Virus record (IMG/VR): IMGVR_UViG_3300044712_000815
Coordinates: 32,001-96,000 of that record
DNA: 64,000 nucleotides
From: a virus
Strand: one strand, 5' to 3'
Each line of letters opens with the position of its first letter. Position 1 is the first letter of the stretch. The position numbers and the translations under genes are program-made. Positions 8,232-17,460 of the stretch are shown here, piece by piece. The notes beneath the pieces are model-generated. The model was given only the letters and a program-made list of their open reading frames with translations. It searched no databases and was not told the DNA's origin.

Positions 8232-9041
8232 ATGTCAGATAATGCTTATGTAGATAAAATAACAGGTGAACAAGTTAGAATTATAAGTGAAAATGATACA
8301 TTTTATGTATTAGATAATACAGTCAGTATTAAAAAAGATGTTTTTTCCAAAAAGTATGAAAAAGATAGTGGTGCGGTTGATGTAAATAGTTTTTTCAATA
8401 CTAAACCAACAAATGACCCATTATTAAATGTTGCTCAGCAACTTTTAAATATGGATACTAGTAAAATTTCAGATAATCCAAATATTGGTGGCACACAAGT
8501 AAAATATGTTGAAAAACCCATGGTTATTGCTGACAGTTCTATGTCTCAAGCTGTTGTAAAACAGCCACAAATGGAAGCACCCATTCAATTAACAAAAGAA
8601 CAACGAGAAGCAATGTTGGAACAATTTAGAAATACTATGGAAGGTGCTAAAGTGCCGATTGTTCAACAAAAATATAATAATTATGATGATGAAGATGAAA
8701 GGTTATTAAATGGTGATAATCCACAACCAAATAATATTCAAATACCAAAAGAACCTGTCAATCCATTGGAAAGTATGTTTAAGATGTTTAAGAATAATTA
8801 TACAGTAAAATTAAATTTGAATTTTGACGAAAAAATACCAAATCCTAATTTTATTGGAATGGTACAAGATAACGTTGAAGCTGATGCTATTGATTATTAT
8901 GCAAATTTGATATCAAAAAAAATATTATCTGATCCAAATATACTTAAAGATGAAATTTATAAACAACTTAAAGCTATTATTAATAAAGAATTGGGTATCG
9001 AAGAAGAAATTACAGAAATTAAAGAAGAAAAAAAAGAATAA
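8232..9041 (+). CDS. Hypothetical protein
   Basis: 269-aa ORF after an AATATATA late-type motif. Confidence 0.7.
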   Translation: MSDNAYVDKITGEQVRIISENDTFYVLDNTVSIKKDVFSKKYEKDSGAVDVNSFFNTKPTNDPLLNVAQQLLNMDTSKISDNPNIGGTQVKYVEKPMVIADSSMSQAVVKQPQMEAPIQLTKEQREAMLEQFRNTMEGAKVPIVQQKYNNYDDEDERLLNGDNPQPNNIQIPKEPVNPLESMFKMFKNNYTVKLNLNFDEKIPNPNFIGMVQDNVEADAIDYYANLISKKILSDPNILKDEIYKQLKAIINKELGIEEEITEIKEEKKE

Positions 9042-9043
9042 CT

Positions 9044-9436
9044 ATGGAAGATATAGAAAAAATAAATACTATTCGTAGAAAATATAACGAATATAATATG
9101 AAATTATATAAAATGTCAGGTGATTTAGCTGATTATTATATTGACAGGGCAATAGAATCTGATGATTATTCGGATATTTCTGGATTTTTGATTGATTTAT
9201 TTTCAGGAACAAAAATTTTTGATATTAGATATTTAATTACTAAATATAAAGAATTTGGATTAAATGATAAAATTGAAGATGTTGATTTTGATATTAAAGA
9301 ATGGTTTAGTATTAAAAATGAACTAGATGAATTAACAAAAAAATCAATAGGTGATTTTAATCATACTGTGAATATGAATGAAGATGAATATATTCAATAT
9401 ATGATTGATAAAAAGAAAAAAGAATTAGATCAATGA
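9044..9436 (+). CDS. Hypothetical protein
   Basis: ORF in tight operon. Confidence 0.6.
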   Translation: MEDIEKINTIRRKYNEYNMKLYKMSGDLADYYIDRAIESDDYSDISGFLIDLFSGTKIFDIRYLITKYKEFGLNDKIEDVDFDIKEWFSIKNELDELTKKSIGDFNHTVNMNEDEYIQYMIDKKKKELDQ

Positions 9437-9804
9437 TTTCTGAACAATACATTAATGAAGCCAAACGTATACGTAGAATATATTTGCAAAACATTAGGGA
9501 AATTGTTAAACAAGAACCAAAGGTGATCGAAAGAAGAAATGTTGCACGTAAAATTCAAGAAGAAATGGAAATTACTGTACATTCAGATGTCAATGATTTA
9601 AGAAAGTCATTAGAATTAAATAGTAGATTATTAGTGTTAGAAAAAGAAATCAACGCAATACAAGATATTATTAGACCATTCTACGATAATATTGAAAAAT
9701 TGAAAAATGATACGGATAGATTATATTTATCAATAAAAGAAAAATATCCAGATTTAGATATAGATACTATCCAAGAAGAAATAATATCAAATTTAGATGA
9801 ATGA
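9433..9804 (+). CDS. Coiled-coil hypothetical protein
   Basis: ATGA overlap; heptad-like pattern. Confidence 0.6.
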   Translation: MISEQYINEAKRIRRIYLQNIREIVKQEPKVIERRNVARKIQEEMEITVHSDVNDLRKSLELNSRLLVLEKEINAIQDIIRPFYDNIEKLKNDTDRLYLSIKEKYPDLDIDTIQEEIISNLDE

Positions 9805-10267
9805 AAAAAATGAAAAAAAAGAATTGATACAGTCGATATATAATAGAATTGATAATGATATTAAAAATAACAGATTGTTAATTGCGGAATTGGTTCAGAA
9901 AAAATATGGATCAACTGTTGATGTTGATGATTTTTTTAATTTACACAAAAAATCTTTATCTAGTTTTGCTGAAAAAATTGATCCTAACGAAATTGAAACA
10001 TTTTGTGAAGATGATTGCACAATAGTTAAAATTATACCACAAATTATAATAGATAATCCAATAAGAGATGTTAAAGATTATATTCCAGAAAAAATTTATT
10101 TTGGTGATGATTCAGAAAAAATTGGATACAAATCATTCCAATATTTTTGTAGTATTTTTAACAATAAACTCATTTTGGTAAATCTTGATGATGATGAAAT
10201 TATAATAACGGGTGATGATATAAGTATTAAAATGGAAGAAATAATTAAAAAAGTAACAGAATTATAA
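9797..10267 (+). CDS. Hypothetical protein
   Basis: Overlapping operon ORF followed by terminator hairpin at ~10276-10310. Confidence 0.6.
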   Translation: MNEKNEKKELIQSIYNRIDNDIKNNRLLIAELVQKKYGSTVDVDDFFNLHKKSLSSFAEKIDPNEIETFCEDDCTIVKIIPQIIIDNPIRDVKDYIPEKIYFGDDSEKIGYKSFQYFCSIFNNKLILVNLDDDEIIITGDDISIKMEEIIKKVTEL

Positions 10268-10302
10268 AATAAGCAAAAAATAAAAGAGAACTATGTTCTC
10301 TT

Positions 10303-10404
10303 TTATTTTTTCTTTTTGTCTTGTTTTTTGGCGTTATTTTTAGGATTTTTATTATCCTGTTTTTTATTGTCCTTGCCTTGTGCTTTTGATTTTGATTTTT
10401 TCAT
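10303..10404 (-). CDS. 33-aa Lys-rich basic peptide (not in ORF track)
   Basis: MKKSKSKAQGKDNKKQDNKNPKNNAKKQDKKKK; TAATATATA late-type motif upstream; stop lies in a terminator hairpin. Confidence 0.55.
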   Translation of the reverse strand: MKKSKSKAQGKDNKKQDNKNPKNNAKKQDKKKK

Positions 10405-10484
10405 AATATTTATTTTTTTCATATATATTATTAAAAAATAATAAAAAAGTTCAGGGCATTTAATTATTAAATTGTCTTATTATT

Positions 10485-10943
10485 ATGAAAAAAATCATTT
10501 TATTTATTTTATTGATATTCACACTATGTAATTGTGTTACTATAAAAAATTATTATTGGCAATATAGTGAATATGATCTTATTAGACGTAATAGTTTATA
10601 TTTTATTCAATTAACTGTTAATAATAAAACTGCATTATTTCTTATAGATAGTGGATCAAGTAAATCATTTTTAGATATAACACAATATGATAAGTATGAA
10701 TTTATGTACATTGATAAACCCATCGAAAGATATATTGGAATTGGTGGATTTCAGAATATTTATACTGTTTTTGGTTATGAAATTAAAGAAATGTTTGTCC
10801 CGATGTTAGGAATCAATTTAGAAGAATTGAATCCATATTTTAAATCCGATAATATAAAAATAACAGGAATTATAGGTTCTGAATATTTATTGACTAGAAA
10901 TGCGGTAATTGATTATGAAAATAATAAACTTTATCTAAAATAG
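10485..10943 (+). CDS. Exported retropepsin-like aspartyl protease
   Basis: Signal peptide MKKIILFILL...C; FLIDSGSS and GIIGSEYL motifs. Confidence 0.75.
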   Translation: MKKIILFILLIFTLCNCVTIKNYYWQYSEYDLIRRNSLYFIQLTVNNKTALFLIDSGSSKSFLDITQYDKYEFMYIDKPIERYIGIGGFQNIYTVFGYEIKEMFVPMLGINLEELNPYFKSDNIKITGIIGSEYLLTRNAVIDYENNKLYLK

Positions 10944-10967
10944 TAAATATAAAAAAGAAAAAACAAT

Positions 10968-11207
10968 ATGAAATTACCACTAGAGTCAGAAAATCCAACT
11001 GGATTACATGGAAGATATATCGTTGAAAAAGTAAATGGCGAACCAATTGATGAAAATGCTGAATATTTTATTCTTAGGTTAGATAAATATGGTAGCGACC
11101 CAAAACATATTGCAGCATGTAGAAAAGCAATATTAACTTATGCTGATGAAATTAAAGATCACTTACCTAAATTATCAAAAGATTTAATTGAAAGATATGG
11201 CAACTAA
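10968..11207 (+). CDS. Small hypothetical phage protein
   Basis: YFILRLD...DP...A...YA pattern; AAAC-N18-TATA promoter at 10926-10951. Confidence 0.6.
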   Translation: MKLPLESENPTGLHGRYIVEKVNGEPIDENAEYFILRLDKYGSDPKHIAACRKAILTYADEIKDHLPKLSKDLIERYGN

Positions 11208-11373
11208 TTTACACAATATCACAGAAGAAATTCTACAAAAAAATGGCATAAGATCAATTTCTATTATTAGTGAAGCATCATGGAAACCTATGATGCGAAT
11301 TAAATATTTAAATGGTAGTGAAAATAAAATATATGATAAGGAAATTGATAAATTTTTAAAAGAATTAAAATAG
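11197..11373 (+). CDS. Hypothetical protein
   Basis: Short ORF overlapping the previous stop. Confidence 0.45.
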   Translation: MATNLHNITEEILQKNGIRSISIISEASWKPMMRIKYLNGSENKIYDKEIDKFLKELK

Positions 11374-11376
11374 AAA

Positions 11377-11402
11377 AAACTTAATAAAAGAATATTACTA
11401 TA
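11377..11402 (+). promoter_or_regulatory. AAAC-N18-TATA promoter (representative copy, tmRNA)
   Basis: Identical spacing found at nine sites just upstream of genes. Confidence 0.6.
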
Positions 11403-11417
11403 TAGATTACGTTCTTT

Positions 11418-11779
11418 GGGGATGACTGGTTTAGACAGTTTTGTGAAATATGGTTATCAGCAGGTATCGCATCATCTAATAAGCGATTAATAAATTATGG
11501 GTAAAAACAATAAATGGCAAAGCACATACGCATATCGCTACTTCAAGATCAACTTATGCAGTTACTAGAACTGCAGTTGAAGCCGAAGTTTCTGTAGCCT
11601 AATCAGAAAATCTAGAAATCTTTTAGTAAACTATTTTGGGATCGCCAAAAATGTTTAGTGGATTTAATATTTACCATCAAAAAAATTATTTATTTTGTTT
11701 CAATTAGAAAATTGAAAATAAACCTGTAGAAGATGCTAAAAGACATTATTGGACCCGAGTTCGAATCTCGGCATCTCCA
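11418..11779 (+). ncRNA. ssrA: tmRNA with 28-codon tag (11516-11602)
   Basis: Acceptor stem GGGGATG/CATCTCC-A with G3.U70; T-arm CCGAG-TTCGAAT-CTCGG; ATAAAT-GGC resume context; CCA not encoded; terminator at ~11801-11832. Confidence 0.9.
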
Positions 11780-11836
11780 CTAACTTAGCCATAAAAGCAT
11801 AAAAAGCATAATTAATTATATTATGCTTTTTTAGTT

Positions 11837-12049
11837 TTAAATCAATTCAATAGACACATTATCTATTGGATATTTTAATCTGATAGTAGATTCAGTATGT
11901 TTTTCAAACCCTAAATTTCCAACAACAATAGCATATTTTCCTTGAATATAAAATCCTTTTGCATAATAATCTAATCCGAATGGTGTTGGAAAATCTGATT
12001 TTTTTATTTTGACGTGAATTCCCGTGATTTCGTTTAATTTTTGCATCAT
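11837..12049 (-). CDS. Hypothetical protein
   Basis: Overlapping minus-strand operon. Confidence 0.5.
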   Translation of the reverse strand: MMQKLNEITGIHVKIKKSDFPTPFGLDYYAKGFYIQGKYAIVVGNLGFEKHTESTIRLKYPIDNVSIELI

Positions 12050-12312
12050 TTTAATGGTTTTATTCTTTTTTCTTTTTTGTGTGGTTTAATTATTTCTACA
12101 AATTCAAAATCTGTATTGTTTTTCAGTGCATTTTCATCGTTTTTGTGCCATTCTTGAACTGTTTTCATTCCATATGAAAGTATTTTTGTATATTCATATA
12201 ACTTATATCCAAATAACATTTTAATCTTTTCAGATATTATCGAATAAAAAAAATAAAATCCTAAAAAATAAAATCCGGCTAAAACTATTAAAAATATTCC
12301 TACTAGTGTCAT
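12046..12312 (-). CDS. Small membrane protein
   Basis: N-terminal hydrophobic helix. Confidence 0.55.
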   Translation of the reverse strand: MTLVGIFLIVLAGFYFLGFYFFYSIISEKIKMLFGYKLYEYTKILSYGMKTVQEWHKNDENALKNNTDFEFVEIIKPHKKEKRIKPLK

Positions 12313-12539
12313 AATGTTTTAATTTTAAGTGTATATGTTTTTAATGAAAAATTACCTGATAATTTTTTATCAGTATCAATAATATTTTTGTTATATAATC
12401 TTCTAGCGACATTTTGAGATATATCAACAGAATCACAATAAAAATATGCAGTGAAAGAACAACTTCCTCGGTGTGGATAATGAATTTGAACTGTTATTTT
12501 GTCAATATTATCTATTATTATTTGTTCATTTTTTGTCAT
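12309..12539 (-). CDS. Hypothetical protein (start 12539)
   Basis: ATG just downstream of a minus-strand TATATTTG promoter at 12544-12551. Confidence 0.5.
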   Translation of the reverse strand: MTKNEQIIIDNIDKITVQIHYPHRGSCSFTAYFYCDSVDISQNVARRLYNKNIIDTDKKLSGNFSLKTYTLKIKTL

Positions 12540-12582
12540 TTTACAAATATAAATAATTTTTTTAATATATAAAAATAAAAAA

Positions 12583-13110
12583 ATGTTTAAACTTAAAACA
12601 TTTAACAAATTTAATGAAGGTGTTGGGGATAAATATGCTAAACGTGCATTTAATCTACCTGACATAGAAGAAGATTTTGAAAAAGAATATAAAAATACAT
12701 TATATGATGAACAACCATTTGGATATTCTAAAAGTTTTTCAAAAGTCCAACAAGGTGTTGCAATTTATAAAAATCCAAAAACATTAAAAAAATTTGATGA
12801 AGAAGTTAGAGCAATTTTAGATAAAGATGGTAATATTTATGTCGCAATTAAAGATGGTATGTTTGATCATGGGATGATAGCATATGGTGTCGGTTTTGCA
12901 AAAGATAGAATTGGTATTTATAAAGATTTAGATAATTATGTGTTATTGTGTAGAATATATAATAAAAATTCGTTTGGATTAAGTGATAGTAGCGATAGTT
13001 ATGCTAATATAAGTGATGATAATAGAAAAAAAATAAATGAAATATTATATAAAGCCAAAATTAAAAATCCACAATATAATTTTTATGATAAATTTTATCA
13101 AGAATTTTGA
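12583..13110 (+). CDS. Putative internal head protein
   Basis: N-terminus LKTFNKFNEG; late motif at 12563-12571. Confidence 0.6.
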   Translation: MFKLKTFNKFNEGVGDKYAKRAFNLPDIEEDFEKEYKNTLYDEQPFGYSKSFSKVQQGVAIYKNPKTLKKFDEEVRAILDKDGNIYVAIKDGMFDHGMIAYGVGFAKDRIGIYKDLDNYVLLCRIYNKNSFGLSDSSDSYANISDDNRKKINEILYKAKIKNPQYNFYDKFYQEF

Positions 13111-13146
13111 TTTTGATTTTTTTATATATAAAAGAAAAAATAAATT

Positions 13147-13416
13147 ATGGCATTAGAACTTCAAAGAATAGACCCATATAATGAAACCGGAACAACAATA
13201 TATTATGGTTATGCTACCGCAGGTACACAAGATACTGATCCATTGTGGTCGATTAAAAGAAAAAGTATTGTAGCTAATGTTGCAAAATTTGAATACCCAT
13301 ATATATCAGGTACAACGTTAGCAAATACATATCCAGCAATTGATGTAAGCAATGTAACATATTTACAGTTGTCTGGATTAAATTGGAATGAAAGAACAGG
13401 TTATACCTATAAATAA
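13147..13416 (+). CDS. Small virion-associated-like protein
   Basis: IYYGYA...WSIKR...WNERTGYTY pattern; late motif upstream. Confidence 0.55.
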   Translation: MALELQRIDPYNETGTTIYYGYATAGTQDTDPLWSIKRKSIVANVAKFEYPYISGTTLANTYPAIDVSNVTYLQLSGLNWNERTGYTYK

Positions 13417-13430
13417 AAAAAGAACTTAAT

Positions 13431-13638
13431 ATGAGACATTTGAAATTATTTGATATAAATTTGATATTAGTATTTGGTAGTGATTATGAATATAAGAAAG
13501 CTATTGATTTTTTTGAAAATGATAGTCAATTTTCACCTGACAAATATGATGATGAATTTGGAAGTATATCATTTTCATGCACTAATCAAGAAGACGCTGA
13601 TGCAACTGGATGAAGATGATGAAGAAAATGAAGAATAA
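13431..13638 (+). pseudogene. Frameshifted or deleted small gene
   Basis: ORF stops at 13613 but an acidic tail DEDDEENEE-stop continues in another frame to 13638. Confidence 0.4.
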
Positions 13639-13639
13639 T

Positions 13640-13978
13640 TTGAAACATTTGAAACATTTTGAAAACTTTAAAGATAATTTAGTTGGTTTTAGAATACCTA
13701 ATTATGCACTATCTTATATAATAAATAATGATCCATCATCATTAAGTGATGAAGAAAAAGAAGAAATAGATGTTTTTTGTCAAAATGTTGCAGATGAATA
13801 TGGTAATGCCAATTTTTTATCAGGTGATGAAGAAGATGATAATTTGGGATTTTGCCAAACGAATGATATAAATATCTTGGGTGATAATTGTGTAAGATTA
13901 TATATCAAACCAAATACACCAGAAGAAATTAAAAAAATGAAATTAAATAAAAAAGTAAAAAAATATAATATAATATAA
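13640..13978 (+). CDS. Putative internal head protein
   Basis: TTG start, KHLKHFENF N-terminus, KKYNII C-terminus. Confidence 0.55.
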   Translation: MKHLKHFENFKDNLVGFRIPNYALSYIINNDPSSLSDEEKEEIDVFCQNVADEYGNANFLSGDEEDDNLGFCQTNDINILGDNCVRLYIKPNTPEEIKKMKLNKKVKKYNII

Positions 13979-13995
13979 AAAATAAATAACAAAAT

Positions 13996-14305
13996 ATGAA
14001 ACATATTGATAAATTTAATGAAAGATTGGAAGATGATAATCTAAATGAAATTGATAAAATTGATGAATATCCTTGTATAGTAGAGGTGGCAAATAACAAA
14101 GAAGATTTTTTTGATTTTGAGAAAAAAAAAGTTCGAGTATGTATAGGAAAACTTGGTAAAAAATTTGTTTGTATTAAATTAGAAAACAGGTTCTCAGAAG
14201 ATGCAAAAATACACATTAACTCAATTAAAACAAGGTATAGAATCTGGTGGTATAAGTGGTTTGGTTTTATATTTTTTTAACTATGCCAGAAAAACAAACA
14301 TATAA
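13996..14305 (+). pseudogene. Small gene with probable frameshift near 14226-14230
   Basis: MKHIDKFNE start; after NSIK an alternative frame reads QGIESGGISGLVLYFFNYARKTNI-stop. Confidence 0.4.
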
Positions 14306-14342
14306 AAAACATATAAAAAACATATAAAAAACATATAAAAAA
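14299..14342. repeat. Tandem repeat (CATATAAAAAA)x4
   Basis: Four perfect 11-bp units. Confidence 0.9.
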
Positions 14343-14354
14343 TAAATAAAGAAT

Positions 14355-15119
14355 ATGAAAAAATTTAGTAATATAAATGAAAGTGTAGAAACAAAATATG
14401 AATTGAAGGATTCATTAAGGAATGAAATTTATTCATTAATTGAAAATTCTATTTCTATTAAAATTTCAAATGAAGATTCATTAGACAAAGATATAAGTAT
14501 CAATGGCAAAGAAGAATTAGTTGAAAAAATTAAAAGTTTGATTGATGATGTTCGGATCAAAGAAAGAACAATGACATTGGAACACGTTAAAACTAACGTA
14601 TACAGAAATTTTGATATGAAATGGTTAAATGAACAAATTGATGGTTTACAAAAAATTAAAATTGGTTCGGATTTCGTATTAAAAGAAAATATTAATGATG
14701 CACAAGCTAATGATCAATTTAAAGCTGATGCACTTAATTATTTTGCTAAAAGATTAAATGAAATTGGAAACATTAATGGTTATGATTTTGATCATGATCC
14801 ATCTGATGGAATATTTAAATTTGTAAATGACAGAAAAGGAATTGTAGTAAAAGCTACACCATTCTATAATGATAAAAATGGAATACCTATCGAAGTTTGT
14901 GATATTAAAAAAGAAGATACCCATTATTTTATTCAACAAAGAGCGTTTAATACCGAAGAAGTATTATTTGAAGAATATTTTAAAATAATGTCCAATTTCT
15001 TAATTCATGATGATGAATGGATGAAAAAAGTTGATAATGCAAATGAAATGGATGATGATGGATATCACGTAAGTGAAACCCCACCTAAAGATACAGATTA
15101 CCGTAACATAACAATATAA
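14355..15119 (+). CDS. Putative internal head protein
   Basis: MKKFSNINES start; internal LKEN site. Confidence 0.6.
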   Translation: MKKFSNINESVETKYELKDSLRNEIYSLIENSISIKISNEDSLDKDISINGKEELVEKIKSLIDDVRIKERTMTLEHVKTNVYRNFDMKWLNEQIDGLQKIKIGSDFVLKENINDAQANDQFKADALNYFAKRLNEIGNINGYDFDHDPSDGIFKFVNDRKGIVVKATPFYNDKNGIPIEVCDIKKEDTHYFIQQRAFNTEEVLFEEYFKIMSNFLIHDDEWMKKVDNANEMDDDGYHVSETPPKDTDYRNITI

Positions 15120-15146
15120 ATAAAAAAGAGGCAAATGCCTCTTTTT

Positions 15147-15575
15147 TTATTGGATGGTAATTGTTGTGCCTTCTTTTTTTTCTTCCTTAAATTTTGGTGC
15201 AGTAAGTACTAAAATACCATCAGTCATTGTTGCTGATATTTCATTTTTTACTACATCTTTAGGAATAGTGAAACTTCTTTCAAAACTAGATTTGCGAAAT
15301 TCTTTTCTGTAATAACCATCAAACTTATCTTCTTTTTTATCTTCAACCACAGAAGATATTTTTAAAACATCATCATTCAATTCAATTTTAATATCTTCTT
15401 TTTTTAATCCTGGTGCAGATAGTTCAATGGAATATTCATTTTCTTTTTCGTACACATTAATCAAACCACAATTACCACGACCTTCAAATAATGTTGTAAC
15501 ATAATTTACATCATCATCACCAAAAAACCTTTTTGCAAAGTCCATAAATGGACTGACTATTAAATTTTTATTCAT
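15147..15575 (-). CDS. Hsp20 / alpha-crystallin small heat-shock protein
   Basis: ELSAPGLKKEDI, FERSFTIP, ISATMTDGILVLTAPK. Confidence 0.92.
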   Translation of the reverse strand: MNKNLIVSPFMDFAKRFFGDDDVNYVTTLFEGRGNCGLINVYEKENEYSIELSAPGLKKEDIKIELNDDVLKISSVVEDKKEDKFDGYYRKEFRKSSFERSFTIPKDVVKNEISATMTDGILVLTAPKFKEEKKEGTTITIQ

Positions 15576-15627
15576 AATTTATATATTTATTTTTTATTTA
15601 GGATTATTCCTAATACTAGTTAAAATG

Positions 15628-15697
15628 TCAAGACTTGTGCCATTTTTAAAAATATGTATTTTTGTCACGTTTATTTTATTTTATAGACAAAATGTCA
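15628..15697 (-). promoter_or_regulatory. Sigma54-like promoter and TGACA/TGTCA upstream sites for hsp20
   Basis: Minus strand TGGCAC-AAGTC-TTGA (15642-15628); TGACA-TTT-TGTCT (15697-15685); TGACA (15667-15663). Confidence 0.5.
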
Positions 15698-15742
15698 TTA
15701 TATAAAAATGAAACTTTTTTTAATTATATTATTATAAGTAAT

Positions 15743-16231
15743 ATGGAAAATATTATATTCACAATTCAAGATAAAGTTTATCTAAATCTATTTAGGTTAC
15801 AAGATGATTTAAACTATTGGAAAGCACACAACAAAAAGATTGTTTTTACAAACGGTTGTTTTGATATTTTACATCGTGGTCATATTGAATATTTAATTAA
15901 CGCCAAAGAACTTGGTGACATATTAATTATTGGTTTAAATTCTGATAATTCAGTTAAAAAACTTAAAGGTGATAATAGACCGATCAATGATCAAATGTCA
16001 AGGGCGTTGATTTTAGCATCATTGATGTTTGTTGATGCTGTTGTAATTTTTGATGAAGAAACCCCGTTAAATCTCATTAAAATGGTTAATCCTGACATAT
16101 TAGTTAAGGGTAGTGATTATATTTCAGAAGATATTGTTGGATATGATTTTGTTAAAGAAAATGATGGTGAAATATTAACAATAGATTTGGTTCAAGGGTT
16201 TTCAACAACTGATATAATTAAAAAATTATAA
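15743..16231 (+). CDS. rfaE2: D-glycero-beta-D-manno-heptose 1-phosphate adenylyltransferase
   Basis: FTNGCFDILHRGH, GLNSDNSVKKLKG..RP, FDEETP, KGSDY, STT; start inferred at 15743, after the promoter. Confidence 0.88.
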   Translation: MENIIFTIQDKVYLNLFRLQDDLNYWKAHNKKIVFTNGCFDILHRGHIEYLINAKELGDILIIGLNSDNSVKKLKGDNRPINDQMSRALILASLMFVDAVVIFDEETPLNLIKMVNPDILVKGSDYISEDIVGYDFVKENDGEILTIDLVQGFSTTDIIKKL

Positions 16232-16233
16232 AT

Positions 16234-16464
16234 TTAAATTATTTTTTTAACTTTTAACATTTTCACTATTTCTGTTGCTGCTTTAGTTACAGATGTCGGA
16301 TCTTTTTCCATGCTATCATCATCTGAATATGGTACATTTCGTAAATCTACTTCATCATAAATAATTGCTTCTATTTGATTGATAAGTTCTTCAAATTTAT
16401 ACAAATAAAAATCTTCTTCTTCTAAAATTTCTGTAAATTTTTTTATGTGGGTTAAATCTTTCAT
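16234..16464 (-). CDS. Putative internal head protein
   Basis: HIKKFTEILEE N-terminus. Confidence 0.5.
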   Translation of the reverse strand: MKDLTHIKKFTEILEEEDFYLYKFEELINQIEAIIYDEVDLRNVPYSDDDSMEKDPTSVTKAATEIVKMLKVKKII

Positions 16465-16624
16465 ATACGTTTTTATTTTATATATTTATATATTTATATA
16501 TTAATTATTTTTTACAAAATTTTTTTATTTCAGTTATTGCATATTTTTCTATTGGTAAATCATCCAATGAATAATACCATGGGTGATCTGATATTAAAAC
16601 TATATTCAAATGTTTTAATATATT

Positions 16625-17164
16625 TCATATATTATACTTTTTCATTTTTCTATCAATATCCCATTTTATATAAGATGGTGTTTCTTTTATTTTTCCATCA
16701 GTTAAAAATATTAATTCGTTTATTAAATTATCCCAATTAGATAGATGCATTACTACGTTATTCCAATTTCCACTTTTTTCATATTTTTCTGTCATATCCA
16801 TAAAGGCTTCTTTAGTATCAATATTGATATCGGTATCATTAACTATTTCATTGGTTTCCCTATTAACGAATAATTTTATATATGACCCATTTGGTAATCC
16901 AGGTAATTCTTTTCTTAATGGCTGATGAATTTTGGTTGAATCGTTTGAATTTTCTAAATAATAAGTTATTAAATTGGTTATATCATTTGATACATCAGAT
17001 AATTCTATTTCTTTTCCTTTAAGATAACATCGAATTCTAATAAATCCAATTTTTTTAAAATAATAATATGATCTAAATTCATAACCATGTTTAATAAATT
17101 CTGTTCGTGGGCAAGACCAAGTTATTTTTTTTATTAAATTTTCAAAATATTTGATATATTTCAT
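16625..17164 (-). CDS. Putative internal head protein
   Basis: MKYIKYFEN start; KKYNI end. Confidence 0.6.
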   Translation of the reverse strand: MKYIKYFENLIKKITWSCPRTEFIKHGYEFRSYYYFKKIGFIRIRCYLKGKEIELSDVSNDITNLITYYLENSNDSTKIHQPLRKELPGLPNGSYIKLFVNRETNEIVNDTDINIDTKEAFMDMTEKYEKSGNWNNVVMHLSNWDNLINELIFLTDGKIKETPSYIKWDIDRKMKKYNI

Positions 17165-17460
17165 TGATAAATTTTGATTTTTTTTGTGCCATTTTCAAAT
17201 TGTTTGTTCCAAACGGTTCTAGTTTTGTCATCTTTAAAGTCATCAAAAGCGATCCAAACCTTTTTCTTAACATATCCACCAATATTATCAATAATATAAC
17301 CTTTTGCTTTTATTATATTTTTTTTATCTTCAGATGTAATTATTTTAAAATCCGTTATTAAAGTTTTTGGATTATCCTTTAAGTCTTTTATAATTATTTT
17401 ATAATCAACTGTAATATATTTACCCGTTTCTTCTAATATAAACTGCTCGTAATTTTTCAT
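17161..17460 (-). CDS. Putative internal head protein
   Basis: MKNYEQFILEE closely resembles the T4 capsid-targeting sequence. Confidence 0.6.
   Translation of the reverse strand: MKNYEQFILEETGKYITVDYKIIIKDLKDNPKTLITDFKIITSEDKKNIIKAKGYIIDNIGGYVKKKVWIAFDDFKDDKTRTVWNKQFENGTKKIKIYQ

Noticed and set aside
11751-11779. A tRNA gene
   Set aside because: The T-arm and acceptor belong to the tmRNA; there is no anticodon arm. No canonical tRNA was found in the window.
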